Source: Selaginella moellendorffii
Taxonomy: Eukaryota > Plantae > Lycopodiophyta
NCBI RefSeq assembly: GCF_000143415.4
Contig: NW_003314309.1
Location: forward strand, 322,300-386,299
Direction of reading: 5' to 3'
DNA: 64,000 nucleotides
Made by a program: the position numbers and the translations under genes. Positions within the stretch are counted from its first letter, which is position 1. Each line of letters begins with the position of its first letter. Of this stretch, positions 37,921 to 57,580 are shown one piece after another. The notes beneath the pieces are model-generated. The model was not told where the DNA came from and ran no database searches. It was given only the letters and a program-made list of their open reading frames with translations.

Positions 37921-40001
37921 TCACTTCTTTGCCTTGCCACAAAGCAAGACGTTTTGAGGAATTGGCTCGTTGATTCCATTGGGATCTTCCGGATTGACCA
38001 CCCGCATGTAAAACTCTTGTCCAAGGTACTGCCTTATAACATTTTGAGACCGCACATTCCACATCCCAACGTTGTCCAGCTCCAGCATAATGGCAGTCCA
38101 CGACTTGGCATACACCTTCAAATCATAGATTAAAACATCTTAGCTTGCGAATTAATAGACTAACAGCTTACTTGAACTGTGGATCTGGCAACCGCATCCA
38201 CAAGATTGTAAGTTAGCCTGCTTGAAGTTGTCCAGTCCCCTGGTCCCATACTGAGAAAACATAGTCCAGCAATTAATACAAATACCGAAGTAACAAAAAG
38301 ATAAAAACGATGAAAACACTTACCCAACCACAAAAAAAGCATAGCCATCGATATGCCAGGACTGTACTGGATTCTCGTTGTTCTGGAATATGATCTCCAT
38401 GAACGACCTGTACGTGCCAGATAGCACCGACGCACCATTATAGGGACTCCGCCCGTCGGGATACTCGGGGATCGAGTTGGGAGAAAAGACTCCTCCGATC
38501 TTATAGAAATCTGCCAGCTTCAATGGTGTTCCTGGATGCATGTAGGAGATGCCATTCACAGCAAAGCGCTGTTTTCCATTGATGGCCGGGGCCGAGTTTG
38601 CGAGCTTTACTGTTTTGGAGATGTTGATAAGTCCATAGTGGAAAGACCCCTGTGGATTTGGCCTCGCGGCGCCAGCGGTCAGATTCCACCTGCAAAATGG
38701 AAGTGAGGCATGGGAAATGCAGCTTCATTTTTTATACCAGGATTACTTACTTGATGGTACGTGCTTGATTAAACGAGAAGTTTATATCACCCACAGCAGG
38801 CCCCGCTGGAAAGGGACCAGAGACACGCGAGAAAGAGTTTGTGTAGTGAAGAACTGCAACACCCGTGATCTCTGGGAGACTGAACCTGGAAGTTGCCATA
38901 ATATAAAAGTCTTTGGGACTCTGATCAGTGGTGATGAGAACCGAGTAGGACTGGCCAACGTGAACGTCAAGTGAGTCGTAGAGTGCTTGAGCCGTGTAGG
39001 ATCCCTCCGTCTCCACCAGCTTCATTTTGTGGCCTTGAATTCTAAAGTTGAGCGAGGAAACGCTCCCCACGTTGGAGATTCTAAGCCTGTAAGTTTTGCC
39101 TGCACCATTCTAGCAGTGTTAGTCTATCTGTTAGCTTATAAACGATAAAGCTTTGTGTACCTGGTTGTACTGTCAAGGTTGTTCCATAAGGACCACGTCC
39201 ATTGATAAGCACGCCATCCCCCTTCCCAATCATCTCCCCTCGATCCAACGCAGCTCTTAATTGCTGGAAGAACGAAACATGTTTAACATAAAGGAGAAAC
39301 ACAAAAAAGCTACGAACTTACTGTGTGATTAAACTTGTACCAGTCGCCGATAAGAACTGTTAGCTCCGCAAAAGGAGGAGCAAATGGAACAGGAATCACT
39401 GCTCGGTTGTGGATGCGAATCCCTCCGTAGCCACCAGCCGCTCGTTGAAGAAGCAAGGATGGAAAGTAGGAAAACGTTCCAATCTGGTCCTTGGCTTGGA
39501 ACTGGTAAGTCCAATTCTGTCCGGGCATTATTGGGCAGTTCGTTCCAAGCGTTCCATCTTGCCATGAATCTCGCCGCAGTTGCAATCCATTCCTAGAAGA
39601 AGAAAGCAAAAGAAATTCATCAACAAAGTGCCACAACAGGGCATTTGCTGCAAAGATGCGTTTGAGATGTTCCTACCAGGTAAGAAGCAGAGGCTCGTCC
39701 AAACTGTTGCGCAGATTGATAACGACGTTGTTGTTCGTTGTGGTCTCAAGCTCGGGACCCGGAAACTGCCCGTTTATCGCGATTACCTGGACGATCCCCA
39801 AGAACATCACAAAAAAGAAGACGATAATCTCATTGCCTGCAAAGATCTCGAAACACTTACCCGCTGGTTCACTCCCAGAGGCGATGTGCTGACGAAAGAA
39901 ACATTCCAGTCGTGGAACTGGTACGGATCTCCCGCTCTGGCGACTAGTACCAAGGCGCATGCGACCAATGCAGCATTGAGGAGCAATGCCGGTCGCGCCA
40001 T
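37921..40001 (-). CDS. SKU5-similar (SKS) multicopper-oxidase-like protein, no GPI tail
   Basis: Signal peptide, AGDPY, INGQFPGP, SWQDGTLGTNCPI, KDQIGTFSYFPS, RPNPQGSFHYG, SWHIDGYAFFVVG and LDNVGMWNVRS. Confidence 0.92.
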
Positions 40002-40725
40002 AGCTGGAAATCGCCCCCACAAGCCGCGATCGATCGAAATATCAGCAAAGAATCGAAGAATCGATGGATTTCGGCGCAAGAAGGACGAATCTAGCTAGAG
40101 CCGGGGTGGAGAGGCCATGGCCGCGAGCAAGAGGCGTCGTCGAGAGGGAGGAGGCTGGAGCAATGGAGAGAACCCTGAGAGCGACGGCGTTAACGAGAAA
40201 TGAATATGCCACCGATTTGAGGCATGGATACCTTTTTCCTCGCGGTGGGCACGAGGAAAAAGCTCTGGATGCCCAGCCGCGATTAATCATTACTAATGGG
40301 GATTATCGGACTAAGAGGAAAGAGACCAGCCTCCATTCATGTGAATGGCGGGACAAAAAAGCTGACCTGGCGTGCTAGCTGTCCTAGTCAGCTTTAGTAG
40401 TCAACGGCCCCGATCTCCCCTGATCGCACGGCGCGCCGCAAATGCCAAAGCATATTCGTTTTCCCGCCGTTTGGAGGCCAGCACAGCTGGAAAAGGACCC
40501 CCGCCCCCGAAAAGAATGTTTCTTGGTTCTTTCCTTCACCGCGTCACGATAATGAGATCGGCGATCATGCTTTTTAACTCAAACTAATCCTGGCTTCCAA
40601 CTGTTAGAGAATCTACAAAACAATAAGCAAAAACATACCTCGCGTCGTAAGTTGCCGAGAGAACATCGTGTGATCTCGCAAGTTTGTCAGTTGAGTTGCT
40701 TGAGATCTCGCAACCCAAGGTTAAG

Positions 40726-45040
<4,315 letters not shown>

Positions 45041-45559
45041 GAGTTCGTAGCATGTTGAAGCTCAAGCCGAGGAAAATCACTGCCCTGAAAACCCTAGCTG
45101 ATCTCAGCCCAAATCTTACTCCATAGAAGCTGCACTGCTCACCCCTTGATTTCGAGCGGCTGCTACATTCGATCCGCGCAGTCTCTCAGCCCAGCGCCTT
45201 CCTCCCGACGAGCAATGCAGCTGAAACCCAGGGCTTCCCAAAAATGGAGGGAAAAAAGTGCGAAGAGCCCTAAATTTCAAAAGCCAGTAGTGGCGTACAA
45301 ATTCTTAGTAAATTCTCCACCGTCCAAAGACTGAGCACTACGGATTATATAAACCTGTAAAGGAATAGATTCGACGATCACGAGAGAGGGAGTTTATCTT
45401 GCTACCCAAGACAATATTCGTTTTGCTCGCAGGATTTCTTTCTTTAATTTTGGGCAAAGTGAGGGACTCCGCGCAAGAATAAATAAGTGGTGTTAAAGCC
45501 AAATGTTCTCGCGAAATTGAAAGAGCTAACGCTGCTCAGGAGGCTCGAAAATCATAGCA

Positions 45560-46829
45560 ATGGATCAAATATTACACGCGAAATTCATCATTGGAATCAT
45601 AGGTGAAGTTCTTGATCCAGAAATCCAGCCAGAGCTTTCTCTTTCTCCTCTCTGTCTCTCTCTCTGTTGCTCAAATTCTTTTGTGCAATCAACCCATGTT
45701 TGATCGTCACTGGTGCGTGGCATTCTTCCAAAGTGATTGAATCTTTCCTCGATCATTCTTCTCCGCGATTTCATCAGCAATCTCTTTGCTTGTAGTCGCA
45801 AAAAAGACGAGAAATCTCTCGCGGATTTCTTAACTAACGGAAGCTAACGCCTTCAAGTTGCCTTGTGGTGCCAGGAAATATTGCTACCATATCAACCAGC
45901 CTCGCTCCAATGTAAAAAACTCTAAAGAACTCTTCCTTTTTTCAAATCTCTGACAGATTCAAATATGTTTAGCCCAACTTTCTGGCGGATTTGCAAGCGA
46001 AGGTCCACGGACGATTTCTCGTTTCTTCCATACTTAATGTCATTTACATGCAATCTTTTGTGGGGATGGTACGCTCTCCCCTTCATCACCTCCAACAATT
46101 TCGAGCTTCTAACCATTTGCATCGCACAAGTCTCACTCCAAACAATCTATATCCTCCTCTACTTTACATTCACGGGCCGCTACCAAAAGGCAAGCCCTCT
46201 GGAAAGAGTTTTTCAATCTCAAACTTTTGGCAACTTTGTTTTCCAGATCAAGCTCTTTCTCTCGATGCTCTTCGTGGGCTTTATCTTCGCTGTTGATTCA
46301 GTGGCGTGCCTGAAAATACTTGGCAAGTCTAGAGGACAATTCTTTGCAGGAACAGCCGCCACGATCGCAGCGCTTCTCTGTTTTGCGTCACCACTTTCGA
46401 TAATGGTATGTGCGTGTTAGTATTCCCTCCTCCACTTTCTAATATTCTTTGGACTATATACACTCTTTAACGCTTCGGTTTCTTTTCCCAGGGACTGGTC
46501 ATCAAAACCAAGAGTGTAGAGTATATGCCACTTCTGGTCTCCCTTGCGCTCTTATTCAATTGCGTCACTTGGACGGTTTACGCCCTTTTGGGGAAAGACG
46601 TGTTTCTCACGGTAATCCACACTTGTTTGATGTTTATCTACTGAGTTTTGGTTGCCAGATTGCCGAAGCCATGGGAACTGCATTGGCTGTCGGACAGCTG
46701 ATTTTGTATGCTTGCTACTGCCGTGTCAAAAAGCCACCGGTCCATGTGGAAGAGTCACTTTTTGAGTCGTCTAAGGATCACTCCAAAGTGGAGATTGCTG
46801 TCATAGTTGCACAGCCATCCGAGGATTAG
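45560..46829 (+). CDS. SWEET/MtN3 transporter B (non-canonical pocket), 6 exons, one GC-AG intron
   Basis: MDQILHAKFIIGIIGNIATISTSLAP, PTFWRICKRRSTDDFSFLPY, CFASPLSIMGLVIKTKSVEYMPL and GQLILYACY. Confidence 0.92.
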
Positions 46830-47115
46830 GAAGAGATTAGAACCATTCAATTGATCCGGCTCCTAAACCAAGCTCACAACGCTTGAACAACCTCGAAGAC
46901 AAATAAAAAATTCTCAATGTGTTTATGGAATAAAGAATTTAAGCATTTTTGTTGCTAAACTTGAACGAAGAAAAAGTTAGGGCTATCTAAACAATTCGTT
47001 ATCCACGTGGACAACAGCGGTTTGTGAGTTTAAGGTTCTTGGCATCCACGAATCTTGGAAGTTTCAGTAAACCACACTTTCACTTGTGCTGTTTGCTCAT
47101 AGCTTGTTCGCAGCC

Positions 47116-48544
<1,429 letters not shown>

Positions 48545-48635
48545 TAGAAAACAAGTTTTTCCTATATAATGTATTTTACCTTTAAACTCCTCAGGCATTT
48601 CTAATAGTTAGTCCATTTTCGCTGCTACCAGGGGA

Positions 48636-49730
48636 ATGGGCGCACCAATCTTTGCCGCCGCGATTTCTATCGCCTTGTTCGCGGCTCCTGGCAGGATTGA
48701 AGAGCTACGATGTCACAAATGCAGAATGCCGCTGAAATCCACCTCCGCCTCAAGGTGTGGAGCTTCATTGTGGCGTGGGAGGCGAGTAGCGTTTGACAAT
48801 CAGATTCGTGCATTAGATCGCAAGCGATCACTCTTAAAGTTATTTCCTCGCAGGTAATATCTTTTTTTCTTTTCTTCCACGGGCGTACGTTTTTCTCTCT
48901 TTCCTTTTTTTGTGATAATCAGCGGCATTCACATGCACGCGGCTACTAACAGTACGTTCTCTCCGTAGGGATTTTCAAGCAATCGTTCAACGCTCTAGAT
49001 TTTTAACAGAGAATTTGAGGCGTTGGTCTTCCATCGTCAAGATACTAAATCTCTTGATTTTAAAGTTGGCTCCAGGTGAGCTTTTGAAACCAGCGCATAT
49101 CTCAACAATCCCTTGGAGAAAAGGAACGAGACAAGTACAATGTTGACAAGAACATACAGAAAACTAGCTCTGATCGGTGCTTTCAGCTGGTTTTACTTGG
49201 ATGAATCGGACCAACGAGCTCGTACGTAACCCGTGACAACTTGCTTCGCATTTCATGGAAGATTGTTGGTTTGACAAACAGCTAGAAGAAGAAGGTACTG
49301 AGGCTACCTTTGCTCGTTTCTATTTCTTTCCCTTTCCGTTCCTTAGAGCTAGGAAACTTGACTGATCAAACCATTTAAAACCAGGTGGGAGGAGGAGGCT
49401 TCTTGGTGATTCTAGCTCACCTTTCAACCATAGCACCTGTGATGGAGCAGTGCATTGGGTATGTAGTGGTTCCAAGTTTTTCTTATTTGCTTGTTTCAGT
49501 TTGGTAGAAACCCGGATTGCTTAGCGAGCACAAGATCATTGCTCAGAAACGGCTCCAGAAAGCAATAGAGCTAGGTCGAGTGAATTATAAGCAAACTTTC
49601 GTTGATTTCTCCCAACTTAAAGTAGCTCTCACCAATGGAAATGGAAGGAACACGTGGTTTTAGCTCCTCAACGGGCACGAAAGACGGTCCTGGAGCTTTT
49701 GATTTTATACAAGGGTATACCCAGGTAACA
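48636..49730 (+). pseudogene. Multi-exon gene or pseudogene of unknown function
   Basis: The ATG ORF 48636-48857 ends at the donor CAG|GTAAT, followed by several short GT-AG-bounded blocks. I could not assemble a stop-free frame. Confidence 0.35.
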
Positions 49731-50354
49731 CGTTAAAAGCTTTTCCATAGTTCTCAGTCTTTCACACTTGAGGCAAGGGAAATGCATTTTGGCGAATTAG
49801 AGCAGCCCTGAAAATACCAAAGAAAGCATAAGTTGACAAAGCCATTTGAAGCACAGGAGGCAATCTAACTTTAGTAACAATATTTAGAACATTATTTAGA
49901 AAAGGGATTTCATGTTCAATCACACTCAAGACCACAAAAGGAAGAGTCTCATAACAATTGTTATATAGAAGGGTAAAATGTTGGTAAGCATGGGAGCCAA
50001 GTGTGGGTAGTAATAACATTTTTCTAGCTATTCCCATACTCTAAGTTGAACTCTTATGTATTATTAGTGTTATAATAAAAACTCATTCCCTGATTCTTGA
50101 TAGTTTAGATTGTCAATCTAAAAAATGAGACTTTAGAATTACAATAGTGTTAGAACCACTTGTGTTATAATTATATAGAATAACTAGAATACTGTCATTC
50201 TTAAAAATGTAAGATTTTACACTTTACTCATAATGAACTAAACTTTCAAAGAAACTAAGACATTATATGTACAATAACTCTTATGGTGTCCTTAGAACAA
50301 AGTATGCTAACTATAATCAATATCATTTAACCATATATTCATTAATTTTGGTGA

Positions 50355-50461
50355 ATTCACAATCTCAAAATAAGATTCTATTTTAGAATATTCTTAAGAA
50401 TGAGATTAAATTTAATTCTTAAGAATATTATAAAATAAAATCTGATTTTGAGAATGTGGAT
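50355..50461. repeat. AT-rich hairpin (~47-bp arms)
   Basis: ATTCACAATCTCAAAATAAGATTCTATTTTAGAATATTCTTAAGAAT pairs with ATTCTTAAGAATATTATAAAATAAAATCTGATTTTGAGAATGTGGAT. Confidence 0.8.
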
Positions 50462-52349
50462 CTTATTTTGAGATAAGTTACATTTTTGTTTTTGGTTTTA
50501 AATTTTTAGCTGTATACCTTTCTTCACCAACTCAAAAAACCATTTTCTTATATTTTATGGTAATGAAAACTGTAACTATGAGTAGTGTTTTTTATAAATG
50601 TTTTTAAGTCTTGTAAAATCTTAATTTTTTTTATATGGTATTTTTGTGTAAAGATGTTTTATATCCTGAAAAATAGATGGATTTGCAGATATATATATGA
50701 TATACCATTTATCACTTTTTTCATATATACTCTTTTGAAAACTATATTTTAATTTTTCACATAAAAAATCTTTTGCATCTTTATCCACAATTAACATTCA
50801 CATCATGTAATTTTGAAGTTGTTTGAAGATTTTATCTTCTTTAGAAAGTTCAAATGGTGATAAACATAAAGAATGAATTATTTTGTTCGTACCTCCTTGA
50901 TATAAAGTATTATTTATTTATTATATCTCTATATTAGGCATTTTTATATTTTATCCTCCATTTGAATTAAATAAGTTTTATCTTCAATAAAAATCTCCTT
51001 TGTATTGTTCTACGTTTCAACCTTTTCTTTATTTTTCAACTTGAGGAACATCATGTCCTTCAACTTGGGATACAACACCTTCTTCATTTTAATATATCAT
51101 TGTGAATAAGTTTGAATATTTTTATGCATAAGTAAAATAATTTAGTAATGGTAATAACTATTGTTTAGAAGTGAAAGACCAAACTCTAAGTTGTAAAAAA
51201 TCTTTTTTAAATAATCCAAGATATTTTAGAAATAAGATAGTATATAGCCTTATAGCAAAATATTGATTATAATGTTTAATTATCATATTATTATTTTGCA
51301 CTCCAACTTCAACTTCATTGATCTTTGATACTAATAATCCATTAATTTCAAGTAATGTAAGCCATATTTTCTCTTTAGAATTAGCATTAAAAATTAATGG
51401 CTGTTGATATTAAAGTTTTCTAATATCCTTATCAGGAGTCTCCAAAATAATATCAATATTATTTGTACCTGTATTTGTAACTATAAATTAAAATATATAT
51501 AGAAAAAATATTATACTTACTTTGTAAAGGAGATTGTGGAGGTGTAATAAAATTATAATGTTTGATTCTGAAATATTCATGTTTTACAAGACCTTACATA
51601 AAAAATCTTAAAATATTTTTCATCTCATAATTTATATATCTTTCTTTAAATTTTGTGATTTATACTAATTTCATAAAACAAGAGAATAATGGTTAAAGAA
51701 TTCATTTGTAACTTAGACATAAACATAAAGAATGATTTACTAAAAAATAATTTTTACCCTCAAAAGTTGATTCTAATTAGTGAAACAGCTAACCAAAATT
51801 ATCTTCATTCTCTGTTTCTTTAAGAACTTCAAAATTTATATTGTTTATAATTAGAGAATCTGTTATAAAATATTTATAAATATATATGTAAATAATAATG
51901 TTTTAATTTTAATTACATATGTATGTTTATTTTTCTCCTTTCTTATTATCATCCTTTAAAGTATTATTTGTAACACCTAAAATATAGGTAAATAATAATA
52001 TTACATAAAACCTTATAAATAAATTACTTACTTTTTTCTTTGTTTTTATCATACAAGATTGTATTATTTGAAGTGGTATATTTATCACCTTAAAATTATA
52101 AGTAATAACAAAATTATAGTTATTTATTAAAAATTACTCACTTACATTTTCATCTTCATTATGAGAAGTATCATTTAAAGTATTATACTCATCATCTGGA
52201 AACTAATAAATGATGATGTTATAAATTTTTATATAAATATATTACTTACTTCTTTCTTAACCATCATTAAATATTTAATCTTTTGAAGTGTTATGCTTAT
52301 CACATAAAATTTATTAACAATAAACTTATTATATAGTTATTTATTTTAT

Positions 52350-52785
52350 AAATCTCTCATAATGATTATAACAAGCACTTACCTTTATCATGTACTCTCT
52401 TTTATCATTTTTCAGATACTTTATATATTGAAGAGGTAGGCTCATGATAATCTATACCTAAAGTCTTTCATAAAACTCCCATAATAATTATAAGAAGCAC
52501 ATACCTTGATCATGTACTCTCTTTTGTCATTTTTCAAATACCTTATTTGCTAAAGAGGTCATGATGATCTGTACTTAAAATATTTTATAAACCTCTCATA
52601 ATAATTATAAGAAGTGCTTATGTTTATCATATGCCCTCTTTTTTGTTTTTTAAATACCTCATTTGCTATATAGGTAAGCTTGTGATCTGTACTCAAAATA
52701 TATTATAACCTTTCATAATAATTATAAAAGATACTTACTTTTATCATGCACCCTTTTTTGTTACTTTTCAAATACCTCATCTATT
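52350..52785 (-). repeat. ~118-bp tandem repeat (4 units) resembling duplicated exon-intron modules
   Basis: CTCATAATAATTATAAGAAGCACTTACCTTTATCATGTACTCTCTTTT recurs at ~52356, 52477, 52595 and 52712. Confidence 0.75.
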
Positions 52786-52799
52786 ATATCTTGTGGCAT

Positions 52800-55540
52800 T
52801 TTATGCTTCAAGCTTCCACTAAAAAGTTTTTTAGATTTTTTACTTCCCTTTTTTCTTTTCTCTTAGCCTTTTGTTTTGGTTCTCTTTAGCCTTAAAATTG
52901 CCACTTCAGAGCTTAGAGATGTCAGTCTTTGCTTGCCTATTGCCTTAGATGAAGTTGCTCACCCTTCCTCTAATTTTTGCTTTTGTGGAACTATCTTTGA
53001 AAGGAGAGGACAAAGGTCAAATTTCTTAAGCATCTCAACCTTTTTTGCAAGTGTTCCTCCAGACTTTATATGACCCTAATGCTTTAATAACTCAAGAGCA
53101 TTCCAACTTGCAGAATTATATGGCACCCATACTCCAAGACACAAGCCTCTTTAGGAACTTTTTGAATTATATACTGAGCAACTCCTAATTGCAAGGTTCC
53201 ACTAAAATGCCATATTCCTTTCCAATAATTTAGAATGCTAAAATTCTTTTTTCCAAAAATAAGATCCTCATCTTCTGGTGTCAAGTTGTCATGGATGTCT
53301 TATTTGGTATGAAAACTAACCACCTGCATCTTCCTTATCAAAAAAACATTTGATGTTGAATTTATCTTTAACCCTAGCCTTTTGAAGGAAGTTGAATACC
53401 AACAATGTTTGTTTGTGTCCATAGAAAATCAAAATCTTGCAACTATAATTCTTGTTTCTGACAACTCCAAAAAGACATTTTAATTATTCTTTCACCTTTA
53501 AATCTGCCAATTCTTGATCTCCTCTTAAATCCATAACTAGTAATTTAATTATGTTATCTTTTTGTGCTAACCATATAGGCCAAGCATTCTGATCACTATC
53601 TATGTTGAAAACTCTATATGGATTAGCCTTACTTTGAAGTGCTAAAAAAACTCAAGCTAGAAAGGGTGGTTTTTTTCTAGCTTGATTCATAAGAGCTTTT
53701 ATATAAACCTTATCATCTAAAATCAAAGATCAAAATCCTCATTTGAAATATTCATATTCTACATAAAGGATTCTTTGCTAGTGTTTGTGGTTATACCCTT
53801 CAGCTACTTTATAACACAAAACTTGATCATCTCACTGGTCAAATTCATCCATTCCCAAAGTTTTGACCCCAACTTAAAACCTTTGTTTGATCTTTACTTA
53901 CCACTTTTTTGATTGAACATTTGTCCATGAGAATCTCTTGGCCTAAGAGATTACAAACATCTTTAAAAAGATTCATTGTCCAAGAAATAATTTGCTGCAT
54001 CTTCTTTGTTATCTTAAGAGAAAGTGTATCTTCTTCTCCCTTATGAACAACTTTGATCCAAGTATTGAAAATTTCTTTTGAGCTTCTCAAGAGGCAGTGG
54101 ATGTTTATAGAGTCAGTAACCCCAAATATCATGTTAACCACATTTTCAAAGTTCTATAATAAATTATAAAATTAGTATAATAATATGTTTATACCTTCTA
54201 TTCTCCACAATGAGCTTCTCTTATAGATTTTTCTTAGCATTCACCCATGCCTTTGTGGTAGGGTCTCTACTAGTTTTCTAGTATAACTGTATAGTAGTGG
54301 ACATACCTATTTGAATATTTTGGGATATTCTACCATCTAATGGTTTTTTTAGATTAATATTTTTGAAAGGTGGGATATTCAATATTTAGTGTTAATTATC
54401 AACAAGAAAACATTATTCATGCATTTATAATTTATAAATATGTTTATAATTCATAAAAGTTTCTAAAAACCTCCTAGTACATCTGAGTTATCCAGCTAAT
54501 GGTTGATATTCTATAAGATTAATCTTGTGTTCATAAATTATAATTAATTTTAGAAATATAAACTTCTAATTAATCAACTGAAATACTAAACACTACTAGT
54601 TCTTTTGGTTTGCATGAGCAAACCTAGTGGGACTGGGGTGGAAATAGATATATCTTAAATATACTAGAATATTCTTTCTTAGACTGTCAGCATTCATTTA
54701 TATTAATATTTTTTAAAAAACTTATAAACATATTTATAATTTATAAACATAAGATTAAGTTTAAAGTTTCCCAATTAAAGGAATTGCTGAAACTCTAAGA
54801 AAAATAAATTTAAACCAATGCTAGAAAATATATGATAAAGAATCATTATTGTATTTCATAATGATACAAGTTTAATAAAATTCATTATGGTCTTTTTTTA
54901 ATTACAGTTATTTTTACTGTATTAAATAAATTTATCTTGCCAATATCTTTAATTTTTATTACACTTTTTGTCACAATATTAATACCAGTATTTGAAGCCC
55001 AAATTTGATTATGCATGTTATTATAAATAACAAATTTTTTATTTGTTTCTAAAATACAAAAGCAATTAAAACATTTACCTTCTGTTTTACTTTCCCAAAT
55101 TTTGAACCTTAAAAAATTAAAATACCAAATTACAACTTCTTTTCATGGTTAATTTAAAATTTTCATTTGGAGAAACAATAGAATTTTCTGAAAGAAGATA
55201 AGATCCTATATCATTTAAACTTCCACTTACCAGAGATGGTCTATAAAATCCAACAGTCATTTTCATTTGTCTTTCTCTAGTATATTTAACAATATTTTAA
55301 AAGTTTCACCATAAATTATGATTTCAGGTCCTTTAAAACAACAAGTTTTACCTCTTGTATGAGCATAAATAGATACTGTCAATTGTATTTGAGGCACTGA
55401 AGCTCCTCCAAAGCATTCAATAGGGAAAGTTCTTGTACTTTAAAATGAACCATTTGTCTATAAAACAGTTAATTCTTTCACTAATAACACTTATATCACC
55501 ATCAATAAGACTATTATACAATGATTTTACTGTTATTAAA
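52800..55540 (-). pseudogene. Decayed, probably transposon-associated coding remnants
   Basis: Minus-strand ORF fragments 53084-53284, 53845-54141 and ~55100-55530 have many stops and sit in very AT-rich DNA. No diagnostic motif. Confidence 0.35.
54290..54760 (+). mobile_element. Two head-to-tail partial copies of the Helentron/HINE-like element
   Basis: 54290-54597 matches 7325-7600. At 54606 the element restarts with TGGTTTGCATGAGCAAACCTAGTGGGACTGGG. Confidence 0.65.
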
Positions 55541-57074
55541 AATAAGGTGAGAAAAATAGAAGATTAATAACTCTTATATTTAGTTTTGTAAATATAAAAT
55601 AAAGTAAAAAATTTATAGTAAAAATTAATTAAATTTTTTTTTATCTTTATTTTTATATTTTATAAAATTAGAATTTTTAGCTAATAGATATAAAATACAT
55701 ACATATACACACATGTATAGCCAAAACTATATTTGGGATATTAGTCAGTTGTCACTTAGCATTATATAGGCTCATGTGCCACTCCCTTATAGTTCATTAT
55801 ATCTAGAGCATGCTCTTGCTAAAGTTAAACACTAAGAGAACTTATTATGGATTGCATCTTTAGTTTGAGAAAACAAGGGGCTATTCTCTTCCTCATCTTA
55901 GAATTATTCCTCCTTGTCCTTTTTTGCCCTTTTTCATTTCTCCTCATCTTTGATTTGCAAATATTTTTTCCTTACAAGTTTTAGGCAACAGCAATATTGC
56001 TAATCCAAGCTTTATATTGCAAGAGCTTACAATTTTTCATGGTATTTTTTTCACTCATGCACATAAATTAGGAGTTGGACTCCAAATTGTTTCATAAAAT
56101 AAAGGGACTTGGAGTATAGTATTAATTAGGGCAAGGCCTTTGCTTATTTACAAAAATGGATAAACTAAATTGAGTCTTAATTACTATATAATTAGTGTAT
56201 ATAAGGTTATAACAGTAAGTTATATCATTTGAAACTTCTTGTATTACCATGAGAACTGATGGTGTTGTCAACACTAATCATTGGGAGTGGAATGGATCAA
56301 TTGGCAGCTAAGTTACTGGCACTTGTGGAGTCCCTTTGTCCCAGGAGTATGGGAATGTTTGGTCCCCCCAAGATCCTGATGGAGTCTCTTGCAGCCAAGG
56401 TTATGAAACTTAAAGCTCTTATAGAATTATTGAAACAACCATAGCAAAAACAAAACCCAAAGGCATGGCACAAACATTAACTTTAAAGCCATAACTTGGA
56501 ACTAAAGGAAAGTGACTTAAAAAACTATTGTAGTTTATAACACATTGGTGTAACAACTAATACCTATCTTTGCATCCTCTTTCCAATCAACCTCCAACTT
56601 GGGCTCATTACAACTACAAAATATGTCCATACATCTAACAAAAGTTGTGTCTTTTTTTCTTTGGTTATCTTACCATCTTCAATAATCTTTCAAAGCTGGT
56701 TTATATGTAGATTTATAAGGTTGATTAATTCAGCTGGTTCTAATTAAACTCATATACATTTTTATCACAAATTGAAACTCATATAAGTTCTATTCTCACT
56801 CAAGCAACTTTATCCCAAACTACAATTGTAGTGTGGACTTTGCAAAAAGCTAGGGGTAAAGTCGAAGAGATGTGATCTGGAAAGAATGGCATCACATCAA
56901 TCAGCTCCTTAGGCTCCTTAGCTTCAAGACCTCACAATCCACAACACTATTAATTGAGCAAGGGTTGTTGATGCATAAGAGTTCCAAGTCCCTTGCTTGT
57001 TACAGTTGGTTGTGGCATAAAAAAATCAAACATTCAACTAGAAATCACTTGATCTAATTTATATATATGCACGA

Positions 57075-57580
57075 GTGTGAGAAAGACCGGGGGAATTTCT
57101 AGGGATTGAGAGAGCACAATGAGGTACATTTCTTTCCACTTGCTATAAAGCTCTCCCCTCTCATAAATATGATTGCATGACCACTTCATACAGCAAATTG
57201 GTGATCATCTGCAAGATTGTGAATTTCCCTAGATCAACACACTTGTATTTGTCACTACCAAACATAGATCTATAGAGCGTGTTCTTGGAGATTTAGGAAT
57301 AAACTAGATGCATGGATTCGTAACATTTCTCTTCTATCTCAAACCTTAAAGTTATTCTTTCTAGGAATTTTTGAACTTTTTGTGCCATCTTCATGTTAGG
57401 ATGTATCACTAGAGTCAAGATCCTTAGAAACTCATTGCATGCAAGTTGTTTTTCTCCCTAGAGATGTGATAGAACAAGATCCAATATTTTACATCTATTT
57501 CTCTCTTAGTCTTGAGTCTTTTGTTGTGCCATTTGTTTTCTAGGCAAATATTTCATCCTATCTCTCCTTTGGTATCAGAA
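57075..57580 (+). mobile_element. Possible LTR remnant followed by a tRNA-iMet PBS
   Basis: TGGTATCAGA at ~57570 follows ~500 bp of non-coding DNA with TATA-like motifs. No partner LTR is visible. Confidence 0.3.

Noticed and set aside
55100-55530. Possible Helitron RPA/helicase remnant next to the repeat copies
   Set aside because: No Rep (HUH/Y2) or PIF1 motifs could be read in any frame, so it was left unassigned.
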